Below, piece by piece: positions 12,316 to 25,089 of a stretch of 64,000 nt of DNA. Every line of letters starts with the position of its first letter. Position 1 is the first letter of the stretch. Origin of the DNA: Octopus vulgaris. Taxonomy: Eukaryota. The stretch lies in NCBI GenBank assembly GCA_951406725.2, contig OX597818.1, forward strand, positions 68,076,001 to 68,140,000, read 5' to 3'. The notes beneath the pieces were generated by a model. That model did no database searches and was not told the origin of the DNA. It worked only from the letters and a program-made list of their open reading frames with translations. Both the position numbers and the translations under genes were made by a program.

Positions 12316-12747
12316 GGAGGTGGAAATTGCACAGAAGTCAAATACATTTTAATTTAAGAGGGAATTTATTAAAAACGATTTTAAAAATTATATCAAGTAA
12401 ATATCAACGGTTTAAGTGTATGTCATATTATGAAATATCAGTAATAATTAATAAAAATTTGAAGTAAAAACAGTTTATCTTCTGTCTGGGAGTCAACAAC
12501 GTGTCTGGAGATTTTTCTTTGAAGTCTTCAGACCAAATTGTATTTAAAGAAGACTGCAACGAAAAGTCTCCAGACATGTTCGTGGCATCCAGACAGAAGA
12601 TGAAATGTTTTTACTTAAAATTTTTATAAACATCGAAAGCGATGATATTTTAAATAAATATTTTTTTAATATAATTTTTAAAGTAATTTTAAATTCCTTT
12701 TTAAATTGAAATGTCTTAGGCTTATTTCTGTGCTACTTCCGCCTCCA
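12316..12747. repeat. ~430-bp imperfect fold-back with hammerhead remnants at its centre
   Basis: Arm pairs include acattttaatttaagagggaattt / aaattcctttttaaattgaaatgt and atcttctgtctgg / ccagacagaagat. Centre on minus reads CTGAAGA cttcaaa GAAA. Confidence 0.8.
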
Positions 12748-12764
12748 TCTTCCATTCTTTTATT

Positions 12765-13158
12765 CTTTTATTTGTTTCTGTCATTTGATGCGGCCATGCT
12801 GGATAACCGCCTTTATTCAAACAAATCAACACCAGGACTTATTCTTTGTAAACTTAGAACTTATTTTATCGGTCCGTTTTGCCGAATAGCTAAGTTACAG
12901 AGACGTAAACACACCAACGTGGGTCGTGGAGAGATGCTGGGGGTATCAAACGCTGACACACAAATACATAAATACACATACATATATATATACATATATG
13001 TCGGGATTCTTTCAGTTTCCCTTTCCCAAATCCATTGCCAAGGCTTTGGTCGGCCCGAGGCTATAGTAGCAGAAACTCAAGATTCTACACAGGGAGACTG
13101 AACTCGGATCCAAGTGGTTAGGAATCAAGCTTCTTACCACACAGCCACTCTTGCGCCT
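12765..13158 (-). mobile_element. SINE family A (octopus OR/OK-like tRNA-derived SINE)
   Basis: Reverse complement of the ggcgcaggagtggctgtgtggtaag...gcatggccgcagtcaaatgac consensus seen at 55481. Confidence 0.85.
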
Positions 13159-13170
13159 ATATATATATAT

Positions 13171-13208
<38 letters not shown>

Positions 13209-13275
13209 TAAATAAAATAAAACAACAATGCCAAAGTAGTGTGGATTTTTCAGAACATTTATAAAGAGAAAGTTT

Positions 13276-13323
13276 GTCTTACAGCTGTTTCTGGGGTCTG
13301 AGGGTCATCTGTTCATGAGAGAC
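13276..13323 (-). ncRNA. Minimal hammerhead, core G5 mutated
   Basis: Minus: GTCT-CTcATGA-...-GAAACAGCTGTA-AGAC. Same stem I as the 62324 copy. Confidence 0.65.
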
Positions 13324-13754
13324 GATGTGAGATTGTTAACTAGAGGGAAATGTTAGAGTTCAATATGAGGAGTTATTCTGGTAAAGGAAGCGAATAAGGA
13401 GTATATAGGGAAGCAGGAGAATGAATGCAGAAATAACAAATAAAAATGCATCAATATGTTATAGATGCAGTTCCATTATCCAAGAAAAGAAGTGGTAGAA
13501 GCACTTCCTGTCCGTGTTATGCAGCTTCCGATATGAGTTCATATTTTGTCATTACAAATGAAGAGTGTAGAGACGTATAAATATACGACAGGCTTCTTTT
13601 AGTTTCCATCTACCGAATCCAGTCACGTGCTTTTGCTCGATCACACACAAAGCCCTAAACCATTTGGATGGTAAACAAGGAAGCAAACATCGTACCACCT
13701 TAAAGCCTCAACTGTACTGTATATGTATGTCTATGTGTTTTTGTGCAATATATG

Positions 13755-13856
<102 letters not shown>

Positions 13857-13939
13857 GGTTCCGGGTTGAGTCGGGGTTAACCACAGTAAATAAGGTACTC
13901 AATACATAGCAGAGTTAAATTAATTTATTTTATAGAAGG

Positions 13940-13990
13940 AGCTTCTACAGGACTAGAACTGTTTCATTCAAAAGAAATCATCAGGAAGCT
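13940..13990 (-). ncRNA. Type I hammerhead ribozyme, intact core
   Basis: Minus: AGCTTC-CTGATGA-t TTC tttt GAA t-GAA ACAG ttctagtc CTGT A-GAAGCT. 6-bp stem I, 4-bp stem III, GUA cleavage triplet. Confidence 0.85.
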
Positions 13991-14036
13991 CCTGATGATT
14001 TCTTTTGAATGAAACAGTTCTAGTCCTGTAGAAGCT
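13987..14036 (+). ncRNA. Mirror-image hammerhead on the plus strand (stem I with a 1-nt bulge)
   Basis: agctc-CTGATGA-tttcttttgaat-GAAACAG ttctagtc CTGTA-gaagct. Confidence 0.75.
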
Positions 14037-14041
14037 CCTTC

Positions 14042-14112
<71 letters not shown>

Positions 14113-14859
14113 AACTGAAATCCTTTCTTTTTTCCTAACGTCTTGGAGTCAATATTCTGTCCAGCAGACCCAAAAATTATTTTCTTCTTCTTCCTTCTCC
14201 CTTCCCCTCTTTCTCTTTAGCACTCATCCCAGATACAAAAACACCCCAACCCCCGCACACACATATACTCATGTTCTCTCTCTCACTTTCTCCTCATCCA
14301 TCACCCTCTTGTACTGTCTTATATTCCTCCCCACCACTACAAAACTCTATAAAATGGTCAAAATTCTTCACACAGGAACTTAGTTTGATTTGAAAACCCC
14401 ACTAGAATGGGAGAAAGCGCTAATGATCTAAGTGATATGATATATATATATATATATAATGTAATATACAAATAAATATCTGTAAATATAAACCATCCGA
14501 TCTTCTGAGTACCTCATTTCTTCTAATATATATATATATATATATATATGCACGCGCACACGCATACAGACGCATGTACACGCACATACACACACATATA
14601 TATAAATGTATGCGTTGTGCATTGTATGTATGTATATGTATTGAATTTTAGCTTCTAATATATACCCACCACATCGTTATTTAAATCAAGTTTTATGAAG
14701 TCAAGATTCTCTTAGAATATTGATTCGTGTTTAACTGCAACACCTTCCATCACTTGAAGGAACAGAACATTCCCCAACCCCATACCATTTCGAGTCCTAC
14801 CACCACCACTAATTCTCCACCGTCCCCATTTTCGCCGCCACAACTACTAACTGCATTAG

Positions 14860-15210
14860 AAGCAACCCCACCACGAACACTACCACCTCCGCTACATCTA
14901 CCACTGCCACCACGCCTATTACCACCTGTAATACTACTTTCAACACCACCAACAGCAGCACAACTATCCTGACCACCACCTCTACCAGCACCAACACCAC
15001 CACCATAACTGCCACCAGTACCATCAGTATCGCTATCAGCCCCAGTGTAGCGCAACCACAACCTTTAGCTTCACTAGTGCCACCGTCACTGCTACAACCA
15101 TGGCCACCACTACCACCACTATCACTACAACCATCACCACCACCGCCACTACCATGAATACCATCATCAGCGTTACCAATATCACCATCATAAGCATCAT
15201 TACCATCAAA
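14860..15210. repeat. Degenerate (CCA/CAT)n trinucleotide low-complexity tract
   Basis: Seen directly. Confidence 0.85.
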
Positions 15211-16172
15211 AGTATGAGAGTGAAAAACAGAAAAGCAGAGAGAGAGAGAGGGGGGAAGAGAGAGAGTGGGGAGAGATAGGATTTCATTAAGAAACTCGTG
15301 GAATGAATTCTATGATGATATGACACCAATATTTCTATTTCTTGTTTTGCTTTTATTTTCCGATGATTAATCTAACATTTAATGTATTTTTATATTTCTC
15401 TTACAAACGTATAATTTAATTTATAAGTATTCAATATTTGAAAAAAAAAAAATTGCAAATAAATAAAATGCAAATTCAGAACAAAAAGACAAGAACAATT
15501 TTTTAAAAATGATCCAGTAACAATGAAAAACAGGGGGGGAAATATTAAACAAAATTTAATAAATAAAAATAATTGAGGAATGGAAATGAAAATATGAAAA
15601 AAAAAGTGAGAAACAATGTATATTTTTGTGTGTTGTTTTGTATTTCTTGTTGAAGTTATCTATCCATAACGTTATTTATTCTGGACCAAGATCAAATAAA
15701 ATATCATTTACTACAAATTATTGATTCCAATAAGATTAGAACGAATGTAGAATAAATATTTCTAACAAATCAATAAGAAATATTTATTTAAAATTCTCTC
15801 AGTATATAAAATTATAGAAATAGCTATCTCTCCCTCTTCTTCCTCATCCTTTCCATCTCACTCCCAGTCCCTCGCTCTTTCTCCCTTTCCTCTTCTCTCT
15901 CTCTCTCTCTCTCTCTTTCCATTCTTCTCCTTCTCTCCGCCTTCCACGAAATAAAGACTTTGTAAATGTTTCATCAAGTTAAGAAATTCGATTTTAATGA
16001 TTTCCTTTTTCCTTTTTTTCATTTTTAATTTAATTTATTACTGCTGTGTTTTCTTTTTTTTTCCTGTAATTTTGTTTGGACTTGGCAATTATATCCAGGA
16101 AAATTGTGGGGAAATATTTATAGCTTTCCACCTATGTCATATGGATTTAATTTCCTTTCTCATCATATATGT

Positions 16173-16296
<124 letters not shown>

Positions 16297-16414
16297 ATAT
16301 ATATATACACACACAGAGGAGAAAGTGTAAGGGGGAAGACAGATAACAGCAACTCAGCGTAATCAGTATATTTACATGGAATTCAAATAAACCAAAAGCA
16401 TGATGTAACAGGGT

Positions 16415-16562
16415 AATCCTTACAGCTGTTTCAGCAAAAGAATCATTTGTGCCATAACTATGTTTATTATGCAGTTGACCCACGTAATATCATAAGTGCA
16501 TAGAATAACTCAAACATTTCTAGATCTGCGATTCGAATTCATGTTATCTTCATCAGAAGATT
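16415..16562 (-). ncRNA. Hammerhead with intact core and a ~117-nt stem II insert
   Basis: Minus: AATCTT-CTGATGA-[117 nt]-GAAACAGCTGTA-AGGATT. Palindromic stem III ACAGCTGT. Confidence 0.7.
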
Positions 16563-19289
16563 CTGGCTAATACATATGGGCAGAGCAGCGTTTATGAATA
16601 TAGTGGTGCAATGGCAGGTGTGGTGTTAGGAGTAGAGTGGGGGTAAAGAAAGAAAAAAGAAGAAAAGACGTGATGAAGAATAAGAATTGGGTAACTAAAG
16701 CTGCGTTAGTACTTACAAGACATCATCTGACATTGTCAAGAAAACAGTGATAAAATAAGTCATACAAATGAGGTAATAAACAACGTCGAAAGGTAGACAA
16801 TAGTAGATTCCCGATGTTGTAGAGAAACAAAACAAGTAGAGAAGACCGAGGCAGAAAATGTAAAGAGGAGGCAAACAATAAGGTAATTGCAGAGGAAATA
16901 TAAACCATGAGTGGATGAGGGATGTACGGCGCATGCGTAACAGAGGGAAAACACGGATAAGGGCGAGAAAGTCCTACATGTGATAGTGAATGACTACATG
17001 GTAGAACAGTTGTTAAAGAGTAAAAGTTGAATAGAAAATATACAGGGAAGATAATTCTTAAGTTTGGCGAATTAGAATCGAACGTAATGAAAAGGCATTT
17101 TGTAGAAAATATGCCCACACAGTAATTACATCAGAGAATTGATTAAGGATAGAGACATCGTTCCAATGTAATAAAGCAATCCATGGCAACGGAACTTACA
17201 AGTTCATCTTCTTAGAAAGATTTTTCTTGGCAGCAGCAGACCGAATGGAAAAAGCATTACCCTGGGGGATAGCGAAAGAGAAGCGCTTGAACAACCACCC
17301 CTAACTCACGGGCCAACACTTGCGGATAGACATTTCCGCCCCAATAGCGGTGAGCATCTGCTTCAAATGCTGCTGCTGCTACTACTACTACTACTACTAC
17401 TACTACTATTACGATGACGACGACGTCCCCAATCACCACCATCATCGTGACGAAGACCCGGCAGCCAGGGGAAGGAGTTTAACAATCCCAATACCGGGCA
17501 ACTTGAAACCAATGAAAGTACATCATTGTTGACAATGGAAATGGTTCTTGATGAACCGACTGATTGATTGAGTGATCAAACGAATAGCTAAGGAATCGAT
17601 TAATTAGTTAATTAGTTAACTACCTGACTAATGATTGTTTATATTTTCGGTATAAGACTAACAGTTTTGAGGGAATGGCGTAAGTTAATGCCATTGATTT
17701 CGGTACATGACTGAATCTCGAATTTGATTTCAGCAGGATTTGAACTCAGAATGTGAAGAGTTAGAACAAACCCTGCAAATTAATTTCTCCAATGCTTTAT
17801 AGATTTTGCAAAGGTGAAAGCGAAGAGTAAGGCAACAGGTGGGAGTGTTCGCGTTGGCAGTAAGACCTAAGAATGTTTTGAGACCAGAATTTATGAAACT
17901 TAAGAGAAAGAAAGGAAATATTTGAAAAACCAAAACAATGTGAATTCTGAATTATAAAATTATATTTCGGTAACCATGACAAAATTTGTGAAAGTACCAA
18001 AAAATAAATATCATAGAAACAAAATTACTCTCAGTCCATACATTAAACTCCAATATTATCTGTCACGATGTTTCTCTTACTCCCTTCCTCTTTCTCTCTC
18101 TCTCCCTCCGTATCCCTCTCTCTCCCTCTCTCCATCTCTCTCCCTCCTCTTTTTCTCCCTTTCTCCCTCTCTAGCTTTTTAAAACAAAGTTCCTCTCAAG
18201 AAACTGTCAAGTACTACAATGTATATACTTGATGTAATGAGTAACTTGAAGAAACTGCAATTCTAAATATTAATCAGATTCTAGACGTAATGGCATATTT
18301 AACTAATGGAATCTTCAACTGTCTTCGATAGATTTATTTGGGAAGCTGTAGAGAGGATTAGAGGATTCTGTTGCAAACCGTTTCTATATGGATGTACAAA
18401 CACTTTGTTATCATATAAAACTTTGGTTGGATTGCGAAATATTTTACATCAGAATCAAAACAGAACATGTAATCAGTGACAGTTGCGTGGGTTTACAACG
18501 CATTTTAGTCTTTCTATCCACAATCATTTTCCTTTGAACTGGAATTCTTTATAGGCAGAGCTGTGTGGTTAAGAATGTCATTCCACAACTATTTTGTTCC
18601 CAGTTCAGACTCACTCTAGGTTACCAAATTTCTGGAGGCTTTATTACGGAATCAATTTGGTTATGACACATGTCATGTTTCATGTAAACATACTGATTAT
18701 GTTGAGTTGCGTTTATCTCTGTTTTTGCGTAGAATTCTGTAGACAGACGCTGTGCGAAAGCCTATGAATAGATATTGACGAAAATGGAAAGAAATCATTC
18801 GATCGCCTATGGGAATCAAATTTCAAGTCTGCTGTAAAACCTATGCGAAATATTACACCAGCGTAACCCACCAAATCAACCTCCTGAGTTAGGATTCTTA
18901 ACCTAACATGATAGGATCCCACGTACCAGCAACTTGGCAATGGAGAACTCACTTCGCTGCATTCGAAATACAGCTTATATGTTTTTTATTAATAATTTTG
19001 TCAGCAGGGAAGACAGGTGGGATAAAGGGAAGAAGGAAGATATCCTCAGACCAAACAGCTAACTCAAATGCTTGCAATAGAGTGGTTTCTACAGAAGACA
19101 ACAAAAGTATCGGGCGGTCGTCTGAATCCGAGTCACTGATTAAGTCTACTAACCAAATATACCCTAGTGGGATTCGAACGCAGACTGCAAACAGCAAGGA
19201 CAAATACCAAAAGTTTCATGTTCTTACACTTCTACCAATCTACCATTCTGGCCTGGTACAAATTTATTGACCCCGCAAAATGCAAATTC

Positions 19290-19364
<75 letters not shown>

Positions 19365-19369
19365 CTTTT

Positions 19370-19556
19370 ATTATTTTACTTCTTTCAGTCATAAGACTGC
19401 GCCCATGCTGGAGCACTGCCTTTAGTCAAGCAAATTGACCCCACGACTTATTCCTTGTAACCATAACACTTTTCTATCGGTCTGTTTTGCCGAACCGGTA
19501 AGTTACGGGGACGTCATAAACACACCAACATCGGTTGTCAAGCGATAGTGGGAGGA

Positions 19557-19601
<45 letters not shown>

Positions 19602-19750
19602 GGGACGAGCTTCTTTCAGTATTTGTCTACCAAATCTGCTAGCAAGATTTTGGTCGGGCTGAGGCTATAGTAGAAGACACTTGCCCAAGGTGCCACACAG
19701 TGAGACTGAACCAGGAGCCGTGTGGTTGGTAAGCCAGCAACACTTGTGCC
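19370..19750 (-). mobile_element. SINE family A
   Basis: Matches family A reverse-complemented, with internal (CA)n(TA)n. Confidence 0.85.
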
Positions 19751-21123
19751 AATATATATTGGTAATAAATTAGGGGACAAGGTTAGCCGTTTGTGGAAAG
19801 GAAAACGTCGGTTACATAGACTTTAATGCTCAACTGTTAGTATTTTATCGACCCTGAAATGATGGAAAGCAAAGTCAACACCAGTGTGTCTCGAACTCAG
19901 AAAACAACATCGGTAGAAATGCGGTTAAGGATCTTTCCGAAACGCTAATCGTTCTGTCAATGCCGGTGTGTGCGTACGTGTGTGTATGCGTGTGTATATG
20001 TGTTTATCCGAGTTGCCAAGCCATTTGTTTATATGTGAAATACTTTCATACAGAGTATATTTAAGTAAGCATCAGGTCGATAAATCTATAAAGAAGATCG
20101 ACTGAAACCCTTGAGAAAAAATGGAGTGCCCATAAGGGTCAATAATCAATGAGTGAAATCAAAAACAGGTAAAAATGAATACACCTGGCTAGAAGTTTGG
20201 AGGAGTTATGAAGAAATAGTTACAGTCAAAATTTATTTCGGATAACGGTATCTCTGTACCTATACAATGTATATTGTTTGAAGAATTATAACAGGACAAA
20301 TGTTTGATGAATCAGTCAGTTTAGACGCGTGGTGGATGGAAGGAAATTCATTATATCATCACAGTGTTTCTCAGGTGAGGTAGCTCAAGGGTAACCATGT
20401 TTAATTGGGATCTTTGTTTCATATAATGCTTCTAGTAAATGACACTAATGCTTAAACTCCCTGGAAACTGTCTTCTTCAAAACTCTCGTTCACATATATT
20501 AATTTCCTAATTTCCCTTCTGAAACTGCTGCTGGGTCGAATGAGGAAAACTTTTTACTTTAAAGGGATTTCAATATGCACCCACCATTAAGGATGTGTTT
20601 TCATTTGTATTGCAAACACGAGCGGAATAACGGAAAATATATTTTAATGATGTTTTTATTACTTTCAGCCTTGATTCAAACAAACTGTGAAAACTGAAAA
20701 CGAAAGGGCTAAGAAAACTTCTTATGAAATAGTTTTCTATACACTTTTTCTGAGTTTAAGATGTCAAACTGTGTTTCTTTATTTAAATCACCTACAATTG
20801 CTTTATAATCTAATTGGCAATGTGCCTTGAGGGGGCATAAAGTGTGACTGAATCTGAAAACATATGTTTTGGAACATGTATATATATATAAGGATAAGAA
20901 TGTTAGTTATTTAAAATACCGATCATATCGGGTGGCTAGCATGGGAATAAAAGCTCATAGGTAATAATAATTATTAAAATTATAATTAAGTGTGTCTAAA
21001 AGATACCACCATGCTAGATATAGCAGCCAAAACCTAACTCTAAAACCACATTAAATGTTCATACAGCACCAGGAGAGAAGATAAAGAGAGCAAATAAATA
21101 AACTAGCAAAAATTTATTGGATA

Positions 21124-21181
21124 ATTCCAGATCCTGGATTTCTGACTTTGCATAAGAAATGCTCTGCCTTCATCAGTGAAT
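21124..21181 (-). ncRNA. Type I hammerhead ribozyme, intact core
   Basis: Minus: ATTCA-CTGATGA-a GGC aga GCAT ttctt ATGC aaa GTC a-GAA ATCC a GGAT C-TGGAAT. AUC cleavage triplet. Confidence 0.75.
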
Positions 21182-21819
21182 ATACTCAGATAGCATATAA
21201 ATACATGTATATATACACAACATACGGATATTTACATATACAAACGTATACATATATATATATATGCATGTACGCACACGACCAGTTTAAATTGCCCGCC
21301 TTAAAACTCCTCGTGTGATATGGTCAAAATACTACCGCAGTGAATATAATGACGAATTAAATATATAAATTTATATAAATAAATATATTTAACACCACCC
21401 TCGCATATCTGAGTAGGTCTTGCGTTTTATTCAGTATTCTGCAATTTTGTCTTTATCATCAGCGTCGTCGTCGTCATCATCACCACCATCACCATCATCA
21501 CCATCATCATTATCATTATCGAGACCAGCATGAGATTATTTCTTATAATTCTATCTGTTGTCTTTGTTATCCATTTCGTTTCTTTGTACCAATTCATTTG
21601 CAATCTTTGTTGTTCTCTTTCTTTTTTCCCAATGTTTTCTCATTGCTTTTTATCAGATATTGGTGCATACTTATGCGTGTGTGTGTTTATGAGTATGTAT
21701 GACTGCATGTGTGTGTATGTATATGTATATATGTGTGTGTGTGTGTGTGTCTGTGTGTGTGTGTGTAAATATATATGTCACATGTATGTTTGTAAAGTCA
21801 AGAATTAGTACGTGTAAAC

Positions 21820-22242
21820 TCTTTTACTCTTGTACTCTTTTACTTGTTTCAGTCATTTTGACTGCGGCCATGCTGGAGCACAACTTTTAGTCGAGCAAAT
21901 CGACCCCGGGACTTATTCTTTGTAAGCCCAGTGCTTATTCTATCGGTCTCTTTTGCCGAACCGCTAAGTGACGGGGACGTAAACACACCAGCATCGGTTG
22001 TCAAGGGGGACAAACACAGACACACAAACACAGACACACACACATATACATATATATATATATATATATACATATATACGAAAGGCTTCTTTCAGTTTCC
22101 GTCTACCAAATCCACTCACAAGGCATTGGTCGGCCCGGGGCTATAGCAGAAGACACTTGCCCAAGATGCCACGCAGTGGGACTGAACCCGGAACCATGTG
22201 GTTGGTTAGCAAGCTACTTACCACACAGCCACTCCTGCGCCT
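21820..22242 (-). mobile_element. SINE family A, young full-length copy
   Basis: Nearly identical (reverse-complemented) to 55481-55888 and 56355-56767, with a repeated aagagta tail. Confidence 0.92.
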
Positions 22243-22671
22243 TTGTATTTGCATGGACATTTATGTGAATATAATGGAAGGCATAAAATTATGTTGGGAC
22301 AAACAAAATCAAGCTACAAATAATAGCAGCGACAATAAAAGCAATAATTACATCACGTGAAATAGTGGGAAAGAGAACAACAAAAATGGCGGGGGGGGTA
22401 GTCATCAGGTTCATGATGTCGATGACAACGATGGGAACAACAGCAGTAATGACAACGATGATCATGATGATGATGATGATGATGATGATGATAAATCTAT
22501 AAGCAAATGAATTTGGCGAAGAAATTGGAAATACAAAGAGTGAAATTTAAAGCAGAAATTAATTTCCTTAAGCAAGCAAAGGACACCAACTACATATCTA
22601 TTTTCTTATCAATCAATCTATCTGTCTGTCTATCTGTCTATCTATTTATCTACACCTATGTATGTATATCT

Positions 22672-22740
<69 letters not shown>

Positions 22741-23221
22741 TGTATATGTGTGTGTATGTATATGTATATGCATATGTATATATATGTATATATTTACTGA
22801 ACTATCTATTAATTTTTCTATTTGTGTATCAATGTGTGTGAGTGTTGGTATTCTTGGAGTGTAAATTTATTTCTACAAACGGAATACAAAGTAAGAACTA
22901 ATTAGAAATGCGTACAAGATGAGTCAATATTGAAAAATCAAATTACATTCTTTGAATGATACATAAATTTTATTTAAAAATTGACAAATAGCAATAACAA
23001 CAACAATAATAACAATATTGATAATAATAACAATAATAATAATCAAAGATAGAAATGGAGAAAACAATAAATCAAAGTAAAATAAAATACTTAAACTTTA
23101 AACATGTGACCAGAATCTGTAGAAATGTACCGAAATCAAATCTAATGCACATGTGGGAATATGTATCTACGCATACACACATGAATGCGATTGCAATAAC
23201 ATTATTATTTAGCTATAAGCA

Positions 23222-23296
<75 letters not shown>

Positions 23297-23685
23297 AAGT
23301 GTACCCACAGCTATACACAGGAACATATATATTTGTGTGTAAACATGCATGTGTGCTTGTGTGTGTGTGTGTACATATATAATTGGGAAACCTAAGAATT
23401 TTTATTCATGCTTTGACAGATTCACAAAATGTAAACCATAACAATTATTCATTCTTTTACATATAAAACATAGAAGGGTAATTTGATTTAGAATTGAACC
23501 TAGATATATTCTCGAGCAACTAATTAAACAGACGTCAGTAAATCACTTGGTCTCTTTTGCATGAATAATACTTTGCTGCTCCCTAATTCAATTAAATAAT
23601 TGCTGTTCGATATAAAAGGATAATTCTGAATATGTATAAACATTCACCCACGCATCTTTGTGCCCCACTTACAATAGCCAGACTT

Positions 23686-24476
23686 ATTTCTTTATTACCC
23701 ACAAGGGGCTAAACACAGAGGGGACAAACAAGGACAGACAAAGGGATTAAGTCGATTAGATTGACTGCAGTGCGTAACTGGTACTTATTTAATCGACTCC
23801 GAAAGGATGAAAGGCAAAGTCGACCTCGGTGGAATTTGAACTCAGAACGTAACGGCAGACGAAATACCTATTTCTTTATTACCCACAAGGGGCTAAACAC
23901 AGAGGGGACAAACAAGGACAGACAAAGGGATTAAGTTGATTACACTCGACCCCAGTGCGTAACTGGTACTTATTTAATCGACTCCGAAAGGATGAAAGGC
24001 AAAGTCGACCTCGGTGGAATTTGAACTCAGAACGTAACGGCAGACGAAATACCTATTTCTATTTCTTTACTACCCACAAGGGGCTATACACAGAGATGAC
24101 AAACAAGAACAGACAAGTGGATTAAGTCGATTATATCGACCCCAGTGCGTAACTGGTACTTATTTAATCGACTCCGAAAGGATGAAAGGTTAAGTCAACC
24201 TCGGTTGAATTTGAACTCAGAACGTAACGGCAGAAGAAATACCTATTTCTTTATTACCCACAAGTGGCTAAACATAGAATGGACAAAAAGGACAGACAAA
24301 GGTATTAAATCGATTACATCGACCCCAGTGCGCAACTGGTACTTAATTTATCGACCCCGAAAGGATGAAAGGCAAAGTCGACCTCGGTGGAATTTGAACT
24401 CAGAACGTAGCGGCAGACGAAATACGGCTAAGCATTTCGCCCGGCGTGCTAACGTTTCTGCCAGCTCGCCGCCTTT
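23686..24476 (-). mobile_element. Tandem tetramer of SINE family B
   Basis: Four ~185-bp units (about 23686, 23869, 24058 and 24244). Only the last carries the tRNA head. Confidence 0.92.
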
Positions 24477-25089
24477 TATCTATCTCTTATCTGATATCCA
24501 TTCCTGCCACGGTGCGCTCTTCTCACTCATTTCATTCACCCACCTTCATATCGTTTCAAAATCTTTTGGTCCCTCTATTATATATAATATTGCTCTTCCC
24601 CGTTCCTGTGCCACTTCTTCCTTAGCCACTTTAGTCTCTCACATTCTCTCCAAATGTTTAGCATCGATGATACATCCATACTTGTTCCATTTGCTACATT
24701 CGCCTCTCTACCCGTCTCTACTCATTTGCCATTCTCCTCACATTCTTTAATGGGCTTATCCCCGCCTTAAACATTTTTTTGTCTATATCCTCTTTTGTAC
24801 TCACCTTCTTGTACCAAAAGTAAGCTCTGACACATCTTCATTGCCATTGCTCTAATTTACGTACCTTTTCCCACTCACCATTATACAATGCGAAGTAACC
24901 ACGTGTGTCCTCTACAGAACAACAGCAGTATCTCTCCCGCTGTCGTAATTAGTATCTCCTGACCAAGCATTATGCCACCTCATTCCCTACTTTCACCCCA
25001 CTAAATCGAATGACATTTAATTTAGTCTTGGAAATAGTTCACATCCAGTGCACTCTCTTAAGTGGTCGGCATATCAGGAAAGGCATCAC

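Noticed and set aside
14727-15329. Pro/Thr-rich and Gly/Val-rich ORFs
   Set aside because: They are explained by degenerate (CCA)n repeats.
23686-24476. Regularly spaced repeats as a possible CRISPR array
   Set aside because: Whole ~185-bp units repeat with no unique spacers, and the context is eukaryotic SINE sequence with no cas genes.
24145-24750. Longest ORF in the window (201 aa)
   Set aside because: It is an antisense read-through of SINE units plus flank, with no protein motif.
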